Below are positions 1 to 14,062 of a DNA stretch of 64,000 nt, piece by piece. The translations under genes were made by a program, and so were the position numbers. The notes under the pieces are model-generated. The model did not search any database and had not been told where the DNA came from. It worked only from the letters and a program-made list of their open reading frames with translations. The stretch is from positions 110,362,001 to 110,426,000 of the forward strand of contig NW_024704743.1 of assembly GCF_018977255.1 (NCBI RefSeq). The letters are read 5' to 3'. Positions within the stretch are counted from its first letter, which is position 1; each line of letters opens with the position of its first letter. This DNA comes from Callorhinchus milii (taxonomy: Eukaryota).

Positions 1-494
1 CAAATTCTGGACACATCTGAAAGGTAACAAAATAGAGGAAATCTCCCACCACTGTAGCTTTCTTGCCTTTGAAATTGATGGATCGTTCTAATATTATGAC
101 ATTAAGCAATGTTGTGTATTAGAGAATAATAATAATCCTTGTCTTTTACAACAATATAATATTTCGGTATTTTTCCCAAATAATTTCCCTCACATTCAGG
201 TTATATAAAACTTCAGATGGTTTAAAAGATTGTAATAATAATAAATAATCCTTGGCTTTGATATAACACCTTTCATGTTGGGCAGATATCTCAAAGCACT
301 TCACAGAATTTACTGCAAAGTGTAATGCTGTGTATTTTGTTGGTAAATGTAGCAGCCAATTTACCCTAGGCAATATCCAACAAACAACCATAAAGTGAAT
401 GCCCAATTTGTATCTAAGGGATTGTTGGCTAGAACAACTCCGTTATCTTTTCAAATAGTGCCGTTGAATCTTCAATAGCTACCTGAATAAGCAC

Positions 495-1772
495 TGCTCC
501 CTTGACCCCATCCCCACTCCACTCCTTATCTCCCAGCTCCACCTCCTTGCCCCACATATCACAGACATCGTCAACCTGTCTCTCTCCTCTGGCTCTGTTC
601 CCATTCCCTTAAAAACTGCCATCATCACGCCCACCCTGAAAAAACCCTCCCTTGATGCATCGCAGCTATCAAGCTACCGGCCCATCTCCAACCTCCCCTT
701 CCTGGCCAAGGTCCTGGAACGAGTTGTCGCCTCCCAGCTGCGCTCTTTCCTCTCCACCCATTCACTATTCGAACCCCTTCAGTCGGGTTTCCATGCTGCC
801 CATAGCACAGAAACTGCCCTGGTCAAGGTCACCAATGACATCCTGACTATCTGTGACCAGGGCTCTCTCTGCCTCCTCGACCTCCTCGACCTATCGGCAG
901 CATTCGATACGGTCGACCACGCTATCCTCCAACACCACTTGTCCTCCCACCTAAACCTTCAAGGCACTGTCCTTTCTCCCTCACATCCGCACCACAACTG
1001 GCACCGCCTTCCATCACCTCCGGAACATCGCCAGACTACGGCATTACCTCACCCCTCACGCTGCTGAAACCGATGACACCCAACTCTACCTTTCCTCCTC
1101 TACCCTCAACTCCACGACCATCGATGTCCTGACAGCCTGCCTGTCCGACATCGAGTCCTGGACGAGAGATAACTTTCTTCAGCTCAACGTGCATAAAACT
1201 GAGGCCCTCCTGATTGGCTCACGTTAGCGCCTCCGCACCTCAGGCGCTGACAGCATCAGCATCCAAGGCTGCACTCTCCAACTCTCGAAGCCAGTCAGGA
1301 ACCTCGGTGTTCTGTTCGACCCTGAGCTGTCCTTTTTCCCTCATATCCGCGCCACAACTGGCACCGCCTTCCATCACCTACCAGACTACGGCTCTACCTC
1401 ACCCCTCACGCTGCTGAAACTCTGGTCCACGCCTTTGTCACCTCAAGGCTGGACTATGGGAACTCTCTCCTCGCCGGCCTTCCCGGCACCTCCCTCCACA
1501 AGCTGCAGGTCATTCAGAACTCTATCCCCCAGTGCCTCCGCCTTGCCTCCTCCCTTTCCTCCTTCAAGGCCGGTCTCAAGACCTTTCTCTTTGACCGTGC
1601 CTTCAGCTCCCCTCTCGACTCTCTACCCCCTCCTCGCTCCCTCCCTTCCCTCCCCTCACCCTGACCATTTCCCCCCTGCTCGAGTCCTGACCCAACTGTA
1701 CAGCGCCTTGGGACGTCCTCCCGACGTGAAAGGCGCTCTATAAATGGAATCTTGTTGCTGTTGTTGTTGTTG
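495..1772 (+). mobile_element. L2-clade LINE, 5'-truncated and internally rearranged (RT fragment + 3' UTR + (TTG)n tail)
   Basis: Translates LDPIPT..KTAIITPTLKKPSLD..YRPISNLPFLAKVLERVV..QSGF..HSTETALVKVTND..LLDLSAAFDTVDH and later DDTQLY; ends ...GGGACGTCCTCCCGACGTGAAAGGCGCTCTATAAATG + (TTG)n. Confidence 0.92.
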
Positions 1773-4639
1773 CAGTGTTTCCCCAGCACCGCATTGGACA
1801 GTCTTGAACCCACAACCTTCTGACACAGAGATGAGAGTGCCACCAACTGAGCCAGGCTGCACCACCTGATGGACATTTTGTTGCTCAGTGACACATCATC
1901 CTAGTACTGTGGCTACTGCTGTAATGTCTGTAACACTTCCCTTTCTGCGTGAACAGAACAGAATGTGATATAATAAAAGTTAATATACTGGCAAATGGTG
2001 CTTGAACAGAATTCATCTATAGTCAAAGATACGTTGTAAGTCTGTACATCAGATTCCCAGTTAAATTACATTCATCCTATTCAAATCAGGCATTTTAATT
2101 ATATAATCTTCATTCACAATGCAGTTCCATTTAGTTTTATCTCCAGTCTAGAATTCAATTGCATATGTCCACTTCAAACCAAAAGGTTTTTAATTATATT
2201 CATCTGGTTAAACATTCTTGTCCCATTAGCTCTATGTTTCATGTGTAGTTTTTATTTGTGCCTTAAGGTAGTGAAGCAACTTAGGGCTCAGCGTCTGATC
2301 CATTCCAGAATTTTGTTGTTATTGTTGTTGTTGTCTAGGCTGACGCTCCAGTGCAGTCTTGGGGGAGCCCCGCATTGTCGGGGTGCTGTCCTTCAGGTTA
2401 CAGATTAAACCACTTCATGACAGTTTGTGGGACATTGGCTATGCTTTGTTTTACCCACAAAATATACAGTCAATTCACTTTATAGTGTATTCTGTGGAGC
2501 GTTTTGAGACGTCTCGAAGACCTGATAAGGCACTCTATCAAATGCAAGGATTATTATTGTTGTGTGCAAATTGTTAGCTGCATTTAACAATATATTACAC
2601 AGCATTACACATTACAAGTAAATCCTATGAAGTGCTTTGAGATGTCTGTCCAACATGAAAGGTGTTATATCAAAGGCAACGATTATTAATATTATTGTTA
2701 CAATTTAGAAATACACAGCCATGACACTTTACAGAAAACTGAAGCTCTTTGAGACATTTTATACATAGTGTATCAAATGCAATTATTATTATTATGTTCT
2801 CTATAAAGTTAACCATATATACAATTAAGTAATAATGATTGAATAATCCTTGCATACGTTTTAGCAGCTTTTCACACAGTCAAAGTGCCTCAAAGCATTT
2901 CACAGGATTTACAGTATAACACAGTAAAGTGTAGTGACTGTGTATTTTCTAGGTAAATTTGGCAGCCAATTTGCACACAGGGATGAGCCACAAACAGCCA
3001 TGAAGTGAATGACCAATTCTATCTGACCAGAATACTGGGAGAACCAACCCACCTGTGAGAAACTCCCTCTCTTTTTCCAATGGAGCCTCGGGATTTTTAA
3101 AATCCATCTTGGAAATTAATCAGGCAGGATCTCGATTATATGTCTCACACAAGCGACAGAAACACAACCCGAATGCTGAGCTGAGATCAAGTGAGCTAAG
3201 ACCGTTCCTGATATTTCGACTCTTTTACTGGACCCACAAAAGCAACAAGCAGATGGGGGCAATTTGCGACTTTGTGGATTATTGCTCAGAAATCGCTATG
3301 TGAAGGAGCTGGAGCTGTTTAGCCTTGTGCCTGTAATTGAGTGCGGAAAGGTCACTGGGATCTGGTGGGAGAAATAGCAGTGCAGCTAAGCCTTTGTTTT
3401 ACTGCAGTTTTGTGGGTAATTATGTACCACAGGCATTTAGAATTGATGTGACAGCATTTCTGTGTTCATAACAGGAAGGAATACATACACTCTGGGGAAT
3501 GCAGTGTATTGTGAAAGTATTAAGCATCTCTGGGTTCCCCAGTGGCGAACCTCAACCCATGTTGTTCTGACCCTGAGGTTGGTGAGGCTCCACCTACTGG
3601 GATCTGGGCATGAGTAAACAAGGTTACATTTGTATGAGCAAAAGCACAAAGGATTGAAGTTAGCATAAGTGTCAGTCTGGATCATTTGGTAGCACTCTAG
3701 CATTCTCAGCGCCTCTGATTCTGAAGGTTGTAGGTTCAAGCCTTAATTCAGGACTTGGAACCCATACGTCTAAGCTGACACTACAGTGCAGTGCTGGGGA
3801 GGTGTTACATTATCGGAAGTGCTATTTTTTGTATGAGATGTTACATCGAGGTCCTAGTTGCCTATTCAGGAGGACATTAAAGATCCCTGATGCTATTTGA
3901 AAAGAGAAGGGAAGTTGTCCTGGCTAACAATCCCCCAAATAAACTTGGGCATTCACTTCATGGCTGTTTGAGAGACGTGGTTTGTGCAAATTGGCTACCA
4001 CCTGCAAAATGCACACTACACGTGACAGAAATTACCATCAAAGTACTTTTTGGAGGTATATCAAATGCAGTAATTATCGTTATTTATATTATTAGTAATT
4101 TGCATTTTTCAATAGGCAAAACGGTGTAGAACACAAATCACTCTGTCAAAGTTAATACCATGTACTGCTCAGTGAAGCAACTTGGAGGAAAGAACAAAGA
4201 GATCTACTCACGACATGAGGGAATAATCTTGTGTTTTAATCAGTTAAGAGCTTGTCTCGGCCATTAATTGTAGGAACGCGTGGAGGATGGTGAGGGAGGC
4301 GGGTGCATGAAAAAGCAACATCTTAATGAAATAGGAGGCTGGATTTTTACATCAAATTTGAAAGGATACAGTAATGAGTTACAAGAGCAGCCTTTCACAT
4401 AGCATGGGAAAGAGCTGTCAGACATCCAAATTCATTTTGACATCAATATTAGCTCAGAACAAGGCGCACAGCAAATGATAGAGATTAAGTGTTTCTGCTG
4501 TATTTAGCAAGTCTCTGAATTCCTATTATATACAGTTACCAGGATTACTCAGAGAATCCTCAGACTCTCTGCTGTATCTATGCGTCTTTCAGGTCACTTT
4601 GTTTTAAACTGAGGTCCCATCTGCCACTTCTTTGGTGTC

Positions 4640-5022
4640 AGACCAGAGAAGGTTGAGGAGAGACCTGAGAGAAGTCTACAAAATGGTGAAGGGTTTTGAT
4701 AGTCGATAGGGAGATTTTATATCCACAGGCTGTTGAGTTAATGATTACAGGACATCAATTTGTGATAATTAGCAAAAGGGGAGATTGGGTTGAAAGGATT
4801 TTCGTTTTACACAGAGGTTTGTTAGGAGGTTGGAAGCCCAATGGGTGCGGTTGTCAAGGCAGAATCCATAAAAGCTTTCAAGAGGAAATTAAATAGATAT
4901 CTAAAGAGGAATAATTTGCAGGGATATAGGGAGGTAAATGAGACTGAAAGGGTTGCTCTTTCAAAGAGCCAGCACAGACATAATGGACTGAATGGTCTTC
5001 TTCTGTGCTGTGAAGTTCTAGG
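4640..5022 (+). mobile_element. Degenerate CR1 3' fragment (others at about 15125-15280 -, 19170-19350 +, 20200-20360 +, 37400-37830 -, 39870-40205 -, 47200-47640 +, 51180-51390 +, 63920-64000 +)
   Basis: RRLRRDL.EVYKMVKGF and VVKAESIKAFKRKLNRYL remnants, followed by a GGACTGAATGGTCTTCTTCTGTGCTG 3' UTR. Confidence 0.75.
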
Positions 5023-8000
5023 CACAGTGTGGAACCAGCCACCCGTCCAACCAAAGTGCTGGAATAGTTTAATATCTCTGAATGATGTTCAGCTCAATGG
5101 CCTCACAGGACACTGAATTATTATCTTTCATTGGGATCACCCAGTCCTTGTGGATATCATGCTGAAGCATTCCACAATTATACCATTCAACTGACCATAG
5201 AGAACCTTTCAACTAAAGCCTCTATTGCCTCAGGCAGACAGACATAATTTGCTTTGCACCTCTGTGTAACGGTGCTTTTTGAACAATATTGCGGACAGCT
5301 TTCTATAGACTGCAGTGCTGCCTGTGAGATGTCAGACTGAACCACTTTCCATGCCTTTATGGAGAGTAATCAATACCGAGGTGCTCCATGCTGAAACTCT
5401 TCACCCATTACAGAAAAGTATTTGGGTTGGCTACAATTAAGCCAAATGTGCTGTTGTGTCAGTCTGGCTCAGTTAGTAGCACACTCACCTCTAAGGCAGA
5501 AGGTTGTAGATTCATGCTTCACATTAGAAGCTTTGAATTCACTGTCTAGACTGATGCTCCAGTGCGATGTTAGTTGTCCTTCGGATGAGACACTAAAAAG
5601 AAAGGGAACAATTTTATTTGAGAGATTTTGGCTAGGATACCTGAAGAAACTCACATCTCTTTTTCACATGGTGCCGTGGGATTATTAACATCCACCTGAA
5701 AAAGGTGAGGTCATGGTGCTCAAAACCGCAACTTATTGACACTGAGCCAAGAATGTTACCGATTGAGGCCAGGGAGATACCAAATGTCCACCATAAATTT
5801 GTGGAATGGGCTCAATGGGTTGAATGGCCTCAGCCTGCTCCCTCTTCACTGTGTTGCTGTAGGTGCAATGCAGAGTGCAAGTTAATTTGAGAAAAACGCA
5901 CTATGGCATTCACTGCTCATGCATTCTCGTTATAAACCTGATAGGAAAACCTTAACACGCCGTGTTTCTGATAAATACTGTGAGTCATCCACCCGTAGAT
6001 GAGCAGGTAATGTGTAAATAAGCGTTTCGAACAAAAACAGCAATCAGTTTTCATGCCATTACTATGACCCTTAATGTGACAAATGTCATTCAGCTTGCTT
6101 TTGAACAGATGTAGTATTTTTACTGGGACTGAGTGACTGGAGTTTTGCATAATCCACTCTTGTTGGCATGCAATAGATTTGGGGAGGGTGAAGAGCTCAG
6201 TGAGCCAATTTATCTCACCCTTGAATAAATCCGAGGTTGCTGCAAATGTAATTTAAATATACAGAATTGCCAGCGTACAGAACCAGGTGAAGCCTACACT
6301 TCTGCTGGCTCCATCATCAGAGATCACCGCTCATTTCCCCCCTCTTTGTTTATACCCTTTCCTATTATATAGCACCCTTCATGCGGGGACGCTATCCGTG
6401 TGAAGGCTGCTATATAAATGCAGTCCGGGTGGGTGCTATCCTTTGTATGAGACGTTAAACTGAGGTTGCCTTCTCTGGTTGGACGTATTTCAGAAGGTTT
6501 CATCAAATGACAAAATGCCGTTAAGGACTGAATTATCCCAAAATAAATTCACTTCAAAGTAAAAATCATCCATTTTAAAAATTGGTTCTGTTCTTTTTGA
6601 AAGTACAAAACACTGTGATTGCTTACGTGGCAGGGTTATGTTTGGTCTCTATTGTAAAGTGCGACAGCACTGACTCTTCGGTAGCTAGATATCGTAAGTC
6701 ACAGCACTAGTAGACCAATAAAATGGTTGAGATAAAATAAAATGGCAAGAGCACATTGCTTTGACATTCAGATCCATGCCAGCTTGAACTCACCATCTTC
6801 TGGCTCAGAGACAACAGTGCTACCAACTGAGCCTAGCAGACATCTGGCATTTTGGTGATAATCAAACAATGTGTATATAGATCTAGGAACATTAATTAAC
6901 AATAATAATTCTTGCACTGGTGTAGTGCCTTATAAAGTCATCAACAAAGATCTATTGGAAAACTGAAATGTAGATGAGTGGAAAAGACCACTGTAATCTA
7001 CCTTGTCAATCCCAAATCAACAAATGATAATCCCACAGTATCTTCTCAATGAAAGGCTATCTGATTTAGAGAGTGGCAGGTGGGTGGGGCCGAGCGGGTG
7101 GTGAGGTTAGGTAGTTGACGAGTTGCCCACCGATAGAGGAGTAGAGAGAGGGGGTTGGGGACATGAATATTTAGGAAGTAATACAGTAAGATGGTTTGGT
7201 AGTTTTGAATACTGAATTCAAGCCATTGCGTTGCTGTGCAGGTGCCAGGGAAGCAGCTGGCATCATTTCATAGACAGAAATTATGCTTTGATCCAAAGAT
7301 GGGTATCAGAGCTCCCGGGGGAGTGAGAAGTAGGGAGAGGCAATGGACAGTTTGCTTTCATTACTCATCTTAATGCAATGAGTCACAATTCAGGCATCCT
7401 GAAGGAAGCAGATAAATGTGCAGCCACTCGGGCTGAATGTCCGGAGGAGTGGGTGCGTGTGTGTTTGCGTGCGTATAAATGTCTACAATAAAATATATTA
7501 ATATGTTTTAAAACTGCTTGGTCCCCAGGGCCCACAACCACACACTATATAATCCTTATGTCCCAGCCACTCACAGCTGCTAATCACTTGAGCATACCTG
7601 TGGCTGTTAGCACTGAGTTCCGTCAGTCTCGGGTGGACCACTTACTGTGGAAAGCAAAATACCTCGTCTCCAGAGGACGGGTGCCTCATAAACTATTTTT
7701 TTTGCTCAGCCGGGTGTCTGACACATGCGCAAACCAATGAAAGGCGCTGTTTCAAATCCAAGGATTATTATTATTATTTAAGAGTATCTAGATCAGACTG
7801 TAAGCCACTTATCGATGGACATTTCCCTGTGTCTGGAAAGGAATGCGCACTCTCTCTCTCTCTCTGAGGGATGCATCCTGCTTATCTAATTCCAGAGTGC
7901 TAAGTCTTGGGGACCCCAGAGTGTGCTTCGGGAGTACTGCTGGAGTTTAACCAACTAAAGTCATGTAGCTGCCATTGTAGGCACTGTCTAGCAAGCTTCA

Positions 8001-11000
8001 CACTGCTTTCCCCATCCAGCCTATTAGAGCCCCTCCAAGCACTACCGATGATGAGCAGGACTGGCTGTACTGTCATCAGCAGTGCCCTGAGGTACTAGCT
8101 CAGGAATCGGACAACCGATACAGCCCCAGTGAGTTGACTCTATTCTGACGTTCTGTAGCCAAGCCAGTTCAGGTACAATAAGTCCCCCACTTTACTTCCC
8201 CATTCCCCATAGGAGAATAGTCACTCACTGATCCCCTTTAAATCCAGACTATCAATAAATGACTTTAGAAAAACACATTGGGAAGTCAGAAGGATACAGG
8301 CCCATCGGATATAAATTTCTATTATGATTGTGGCCAAGCAGATTCCAAATCTGCATGACATTAACCTTTCATTTTACAATGTGTACTGTATAAAACACAA
8401 TCTGTACTGTGTAAAATACACAGCTGGTGAAGGGTGGCAATCAATCCAGTAAAACAGGAGTGAGAGAGGTTGGAGGTGGGGGAAAGGAGGAAGATGGAAA
8501 GACAAGACAGACAGACAGACAGACTAAAACAATTGGCATTTAGCAGTCAGAGCTCATCTGACACATGCTATAATTTTTAATTCACAACTCTTTCTCTCAG
8601 TTCCTCAGGGAGCGTCCAGAAAGGCAAAGATTTACATAAATTTCTCGATTGTATCTCTCGGAAAGGATCCCTGGAAGTGAATTACGTTTGAGTTATCAGT
8701 TTCAAATGTCAGTGGCAATTTTTTTTATTGAAGTTGACTCTATTTGAGACAGTGATGCTTTGGTTTGTGCGAGCCCTCAACGTCATGCAAATGTCAGGCC
8801 GCCTGCCTTTGGACACAGCATTCATTGCTCGTGAGACCATCAAGGTGGCAGCGATAATGTTCCCTTTCATCCACGTTCCAATTTTGCATTTCCAGAGAAT
8901 CATTGATATGAGGAATAAATGTCATTTGGGGAATAATAATGACAATAACAATAAAATAATCTCTTGCACTTGAGCTCACAGTCTAGGCTGATGCTCCAGT
9001 GCAGTCCCTGTTGGAGGTGCCGTCTTTCGGATGAGGCATTAAACCGAGATTCCCTGTCTGCTATTCACGTAGTCGATAAAAATCCTTGCCACTACTCAAA
9101 AAGAGAAAGGAGTTTCTCCCATTGTCCTGACTAATTGTCCCAAGATAAAATCGATCATTTATTTCATGGCTGTTTGGGGGAAATTGCTGTGTGCAAATTG
9201 GCTGCTGCCTTTGCCTACAAATACGCAGTAACTCCACTTTACAGTAAAAGTCCAGCAAAGTGCTTTGAGACATCTGGATAAAGTGATAAAAGTGCTGCAT
9301 CAAATTCAAGTAGTAGTATTATTATTGTTATTATTATTATGTGATATATCACCTTTCACGTCACATCTCAAAGTAATGTTCAACAAACAGCCATGAAGTG
9401 AATGATAAATTTTACCTGGTCATTTTCTCTTCTTAGTATGCACCTGAACAGTTAAACGGGACATCTCAACTGAAGGACTTGGGGCTTGAAATGCAGGACG
9501 TCCTCCTGACATGAAAGGCACCATACAAATGTAATTTGTTGTTGTTGTTGAACCCTCCCCAACCTTCTGATCACAGACGACTGAGGCAGGTTTTCTACAA
9601 TGCTGCAATAGTCTTAAGGTTAAGAGTAAAGAGTACTTTGAAGCTTCAAATGAGGGCACGATTAAGCTCATCTGTGATGTTCATCCTGTTAACTAGCCGA
9701 CCTATACTCATTATCACATGCAGGAAGAATCTCACACGTGCAAGGTACCAAAGAGTTATTGGAATCTTGTAGAACTGTACTAAGTACCTGATCACTGCTA
9801 GAGGGATAAGAGAGATACCATAAGTGTTTTGGGAAGGGAAAAGAAATGCAGGAAATAAAATTGTCAGAAGAAAATAACAAGAAATCTTACTTTGCCAAAT
9901 CAATGACTGAAGGGCAAAGTATAGAGATTTAGAAACATTTTCAGCTGTATTATAGGGTAAAATCAATTTTAATTTCTGGTGTAACTAACTGTTGTACACT
10001 GAGCTAAAAGGCTGAATTGATTAAGGGAAGGGAATGGTGGCAAGACAAATACTTTTAAAGTTTATGAAGACATTGATTCAGCTGAACATGGTTTAGACTT
10101 CGCAGTCACGCACGCCTTTAGAGAATGAGTGAGGACACAACAATTAAATGGTAATAACACTGTCCAATTTTTGGCTCACACCATCAGCTGATGTCAAGAT
10201 CAACTTAGGTATCAGCCTGGCTCAGTTGCTAACGCTCTCGCCTTTAAGTCACAAAATTGTGGGTTGTGAGTTTTGCCTGAAGTAAGTGCCGTCTAGTATC
10301 ATAACATTGGAGTGGCTTTTCAATCTCAGCTTCTGTGCTGGGTGGTGGGGGAAAACCATCACATTGAATCACATTTCTTAGTCTTCCTTATAGAAAGTTT
10401 AAGATTCTAAATTTGATTGAGAAAGCAATCCCAGAAGAAGGCAGGAGAACATGAAGGCACAGATCCAAGGTTACATAGGGACACCAGGAACTATTTCTTT
10501 ACCCAGTGGGTGAACTTTCCCCTTGAGGGTGGGAGATTGGGGTTGGGTGGGGGGAGTAAACAGTGTCTCCTTGCAGCTGAATTGTTGGAAAAATATAGAA
10601 AAAATAAATGGATATGTTCATTTTTTTAAAAAAGCTGGGCTTTGGAACATTGAAACAGTTGATGTGGCTGGAGTCTAAGGCTGCCTTCATCCACTGGAGC
10701 TGAGACTGGGATACTGCAACACATGCACATCTGCATTTCACCCAGCAGTATAATGGAACACTAAAATGCACCATTTGCCAAATACAATATATTATCCCAG
10801 ACTTCAGTTGAGCCGCACACCAATTATGTTTTCCCTTAAGAAATAAAGGACAGAAAAATGTTGCAACGCTATTAGTGCCCTTTTGACTGATCGGCCATAA
10901 ATAGGCTTTATTGGCTGTATGACACAATATCAAACTATAATGCATTAATGTATGTCTGTGTGAATGTCTCTCGTTTTTTCTTTTGCTATATCTGACTCTC

Positions 11001-13159
11001 ATGCATAAAAGATGGTTAAAAATAACCTTGCATTTGATATAGTGCCCAACCCAACAGATAATTTGCACAATGTATTACAAACAGCTATGAAATTAATGAT
11101 CACAGTATATTCTGTGAAGCATTTTGAGACATCTTGAGGACATGATAAGGCGCTTTATCAAATGCAAGGATTATTATTTTTATCAATTTTATCTGGAGGT
11201 TTATTGATGACGTAAACCTAGAAAAACTCTTGGGACAACATCACAAAGTGCTTCACAGAATTTACATGAGGTGAATGCAGCAGCTAATTTGTGGACAGTA
11301 ATGTCCCATAAAAAATAATAATAAATTGATCACTCAATCCATGACTGTTTGTGGGACACTGCGTGCACAATTGGCTCCAGTGTTAATTCACTTTACAGCG
11401 TATTCTGCAAAGCACTTTGAAACGTCTCAAAGACGTGATAAGGCGCTATATCAAAGCAAGTATTATTTGTATTACTATTCTAAGGCCTAGGTGGAAGCGG
11501 AACAAGAGGGTAAACTGTTGGTAAAATGGGTGCAAATATATAATAATCCTTGCATTTAATATAGCGCCCTTCATGTCAGGAGGATGTCTCTAAGGATCTT
11601 ATTTTAAAAGTACAAACTGTGTATTTTATAGTTGAGTATATTGGAAGCAGAATATTCTACTGGTAATTTTCTTGCAATTTACAGATAGCTTGTTTTAAAT
11701 TACATTTGTAAAGTGCTTTTCACGTCGGGAGGACTTCCCAAGGCACTTAATCGCGAACTACTCTCCTAAAACGATGACTTTAAATAATAAAACCAGGGTA
11801 GAGAGAGGAGAGATATAGGAAGAGGCCATTTAAGAGGCGACCAAAAACTATAACAACAACAATAATTTGCATTTATGATCCATCAGTGAGCAGCATTTCA
11901 GAGTGGTTTGAAGGGGGAATGACTGCAGGCATGGTCAAAGTGAAAAGTCTTCAGGTTAGATTTGAAAACAGGCAAAGAGGGGGCACTTGAGAGATTGAAG
12001 CAGGGAGTTCCAGAGATTCACACCTTAGTGGCTGAAGGCATGGCCACCAATGGTGGCACGAAGGGGATAAGGGACAAGGCAGCTGAGCAAAGTGGCTGAT
12101 AGTAGGGTGCGCTGTGCACAGATTGTATGGATAGGGAGATGCCAGGATGTGAAGTGATTTAAAAGTCAGGGTGAGGATCTTGAAAATTATCTGATTCTGT
12201 AACGGGAAGCCAATGTAGCCTGGCAAGAGCCCGGAGTGATTCAAGAACGGAGCCTGATACAGATGAGGACACAGGCAGCAGAGTTTTGTTTATTAATTGA
12301 GATGGACACAGTCCCTAATGGCTGAAATTAATTTCGAATGTCTTTGCATTCAGCATAATTATGGATGACCTTAATGTTGCTGGAGACTAATTTTAAATTG
12401 CCATTCGTGGCTAGACATGATGCAAATAAAATTGCTGTATTAAATGGTTTCCTGGCCTCCTGCCCAGACTGATTCCTTGATAAATGTGCCACCACTTTCT
12501 TTTTAATTGTAATGCGGCCAATACAAGGACTGATCTTGAAGCAATTATTTTTATTATTAATAACAATCCTTGCATTTAATACAATGTGCCTAACATTGAA
12601 ATGTCTCATAGTGCTTCATGATAATTACTGCTGAATGTAGTGACTGAGCATTTGTAAGGAAGTGTGCAACAGTCCACTTTGACTATCCTCCTTGTGGGGA
12701 TGGTGGGGCAGACATTTTGGGAGGATGGGATAAGTTGGTCTCATTGGAGATGAACTAGTTCCAAGGTGATGTGCTTGGCAAAGGAAGGTCGGAATGACAT
12801 CAATTTTCTATAGCAGTAATCTGGTTCCTAAAATAGCCAGGCCCACAGTAGTATAATGCCACTGCAGACAACAGACCAGCCAAAAGGCAAAAAACTGCAG
12901 ATGTTGGAAATCGGAACTTAAAATAGAAGTCACTGGGAACACTCATCAGGTCAGCCAGCATCTTTGGAGAGAGGAAAGTGAGTTAACATTTCAGACCAGC
13001 CAGCCTGGCTCATCTCTGCTCCCAGTAGAAAAGTAGTAAAGTAGTAAAGTAGTAAAGTAGAGAAGCAGTAACAATGAATTATCCTTGCATTTGATGTGGC
13101 CCCTCAAAATGTCTCAAAGCTATTCACAAAGGTAAAATACAGTGACTGTGTAATTGTAG

Positions 13160-13477
13160 TAATAATAATCCTTGCATTTGATATAGCGCTTTTCACGTCG
13201 GGAGGACGTCCCAAAGCGCTTCACAGAATATACTGTAAAGTGAATTGACTGTATATTTGAGGGCGCACGCGGCAGCCAATTGCGCACAGCAATGTCCCAC
13301 AAACAGTCGTAGATTGAAAATGACCAATTTATTATTGTTTTTTTTTGGTTTTGGAGGGATTATTATTAGGCTCTGTGTGGAGTAAGGAAACTTGCCCAAG
13401 GTTTCGCCCTGTCTGGACTTGAACTCAGGTCTCTCGCTTGCAAAGCGAGTGCTCTAACCACTGAGCTACAGGACTCC
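13160..13477 (-). mobile_element. Young full-length tRNA-derived SINE (short variant), about 320 bp
   Basis: Head GGAGTCCTGTAGCTCAGTGGTTAGAGCACTCGCTTTGCAAGCGAGAGACCTGAGTTCAA (Pol III A/B boxes), L2-like tail and (ATT)n; near-identical copies elsewhere in the window. Confidence 0.92.
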
Positions 13478-13778
13478 AAAATGTGCAGTCAATGTGCATA
13501 TACCAAGGTTGTGTAAAAAGTCAGAGTGGATGCTCACATATCAATTGGGGATTGTTGACCAGAATCCCAGGAAGAAACTCCTTTCTCTTTTCAAATAGCT
13601 TCATGGAATTCTGAATATCCCCCTAAACAGTCAAATGGACCTCGTTTTAATGTCTTCCCTGACAGCCTGGCCAACAATCCTACGGATAAAATTGGCCACT
13701 CACATTGTGGTTGGCTGTCAGACATTCTATGCGCAGATTGGCTGGCAGCTTGCCTTCAAAATACAGTCACTACACTTT

Positions 13779-14062
13779 AACAACAACAACAACTTGGATT
13801 TATATAGCGCCCTCCATGCCGGACGGCATCTCAGAGCGCTTCACAGTAACGAATCCCGGGGCCGAGCCAGGGGGAGGGGGAGGAAGGTGACCAAAGGCAC
13901 GATCGAAAAGAAAGGTCCTCAGCAGGGACCTGAAAATAGGAAGAGAGGGAGTGACGAAGGGAATTCCAGAGCCTTGGGGCGTAGTGGCTAAAGGCACGGC
14001 CGCCGCGGGTGGAGCAGAGGACTCGGGGGAAGAGGAGGAGGCCAGACCCGGAGGAACGAAGG
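13779..14062 (-). mobile_element. L2 LINE 3' end (similar fragments at 17940-18308 +, 28760-29015 -, 11860-12290 -, 37860-38100 -, 54740-55015 +, 56020-56580 +)
   Basis: GGRAFSHYAPRLWNSL motif; (CAA)n tail with GGCGCTATATAAAT stem. Confidence 0.8.
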
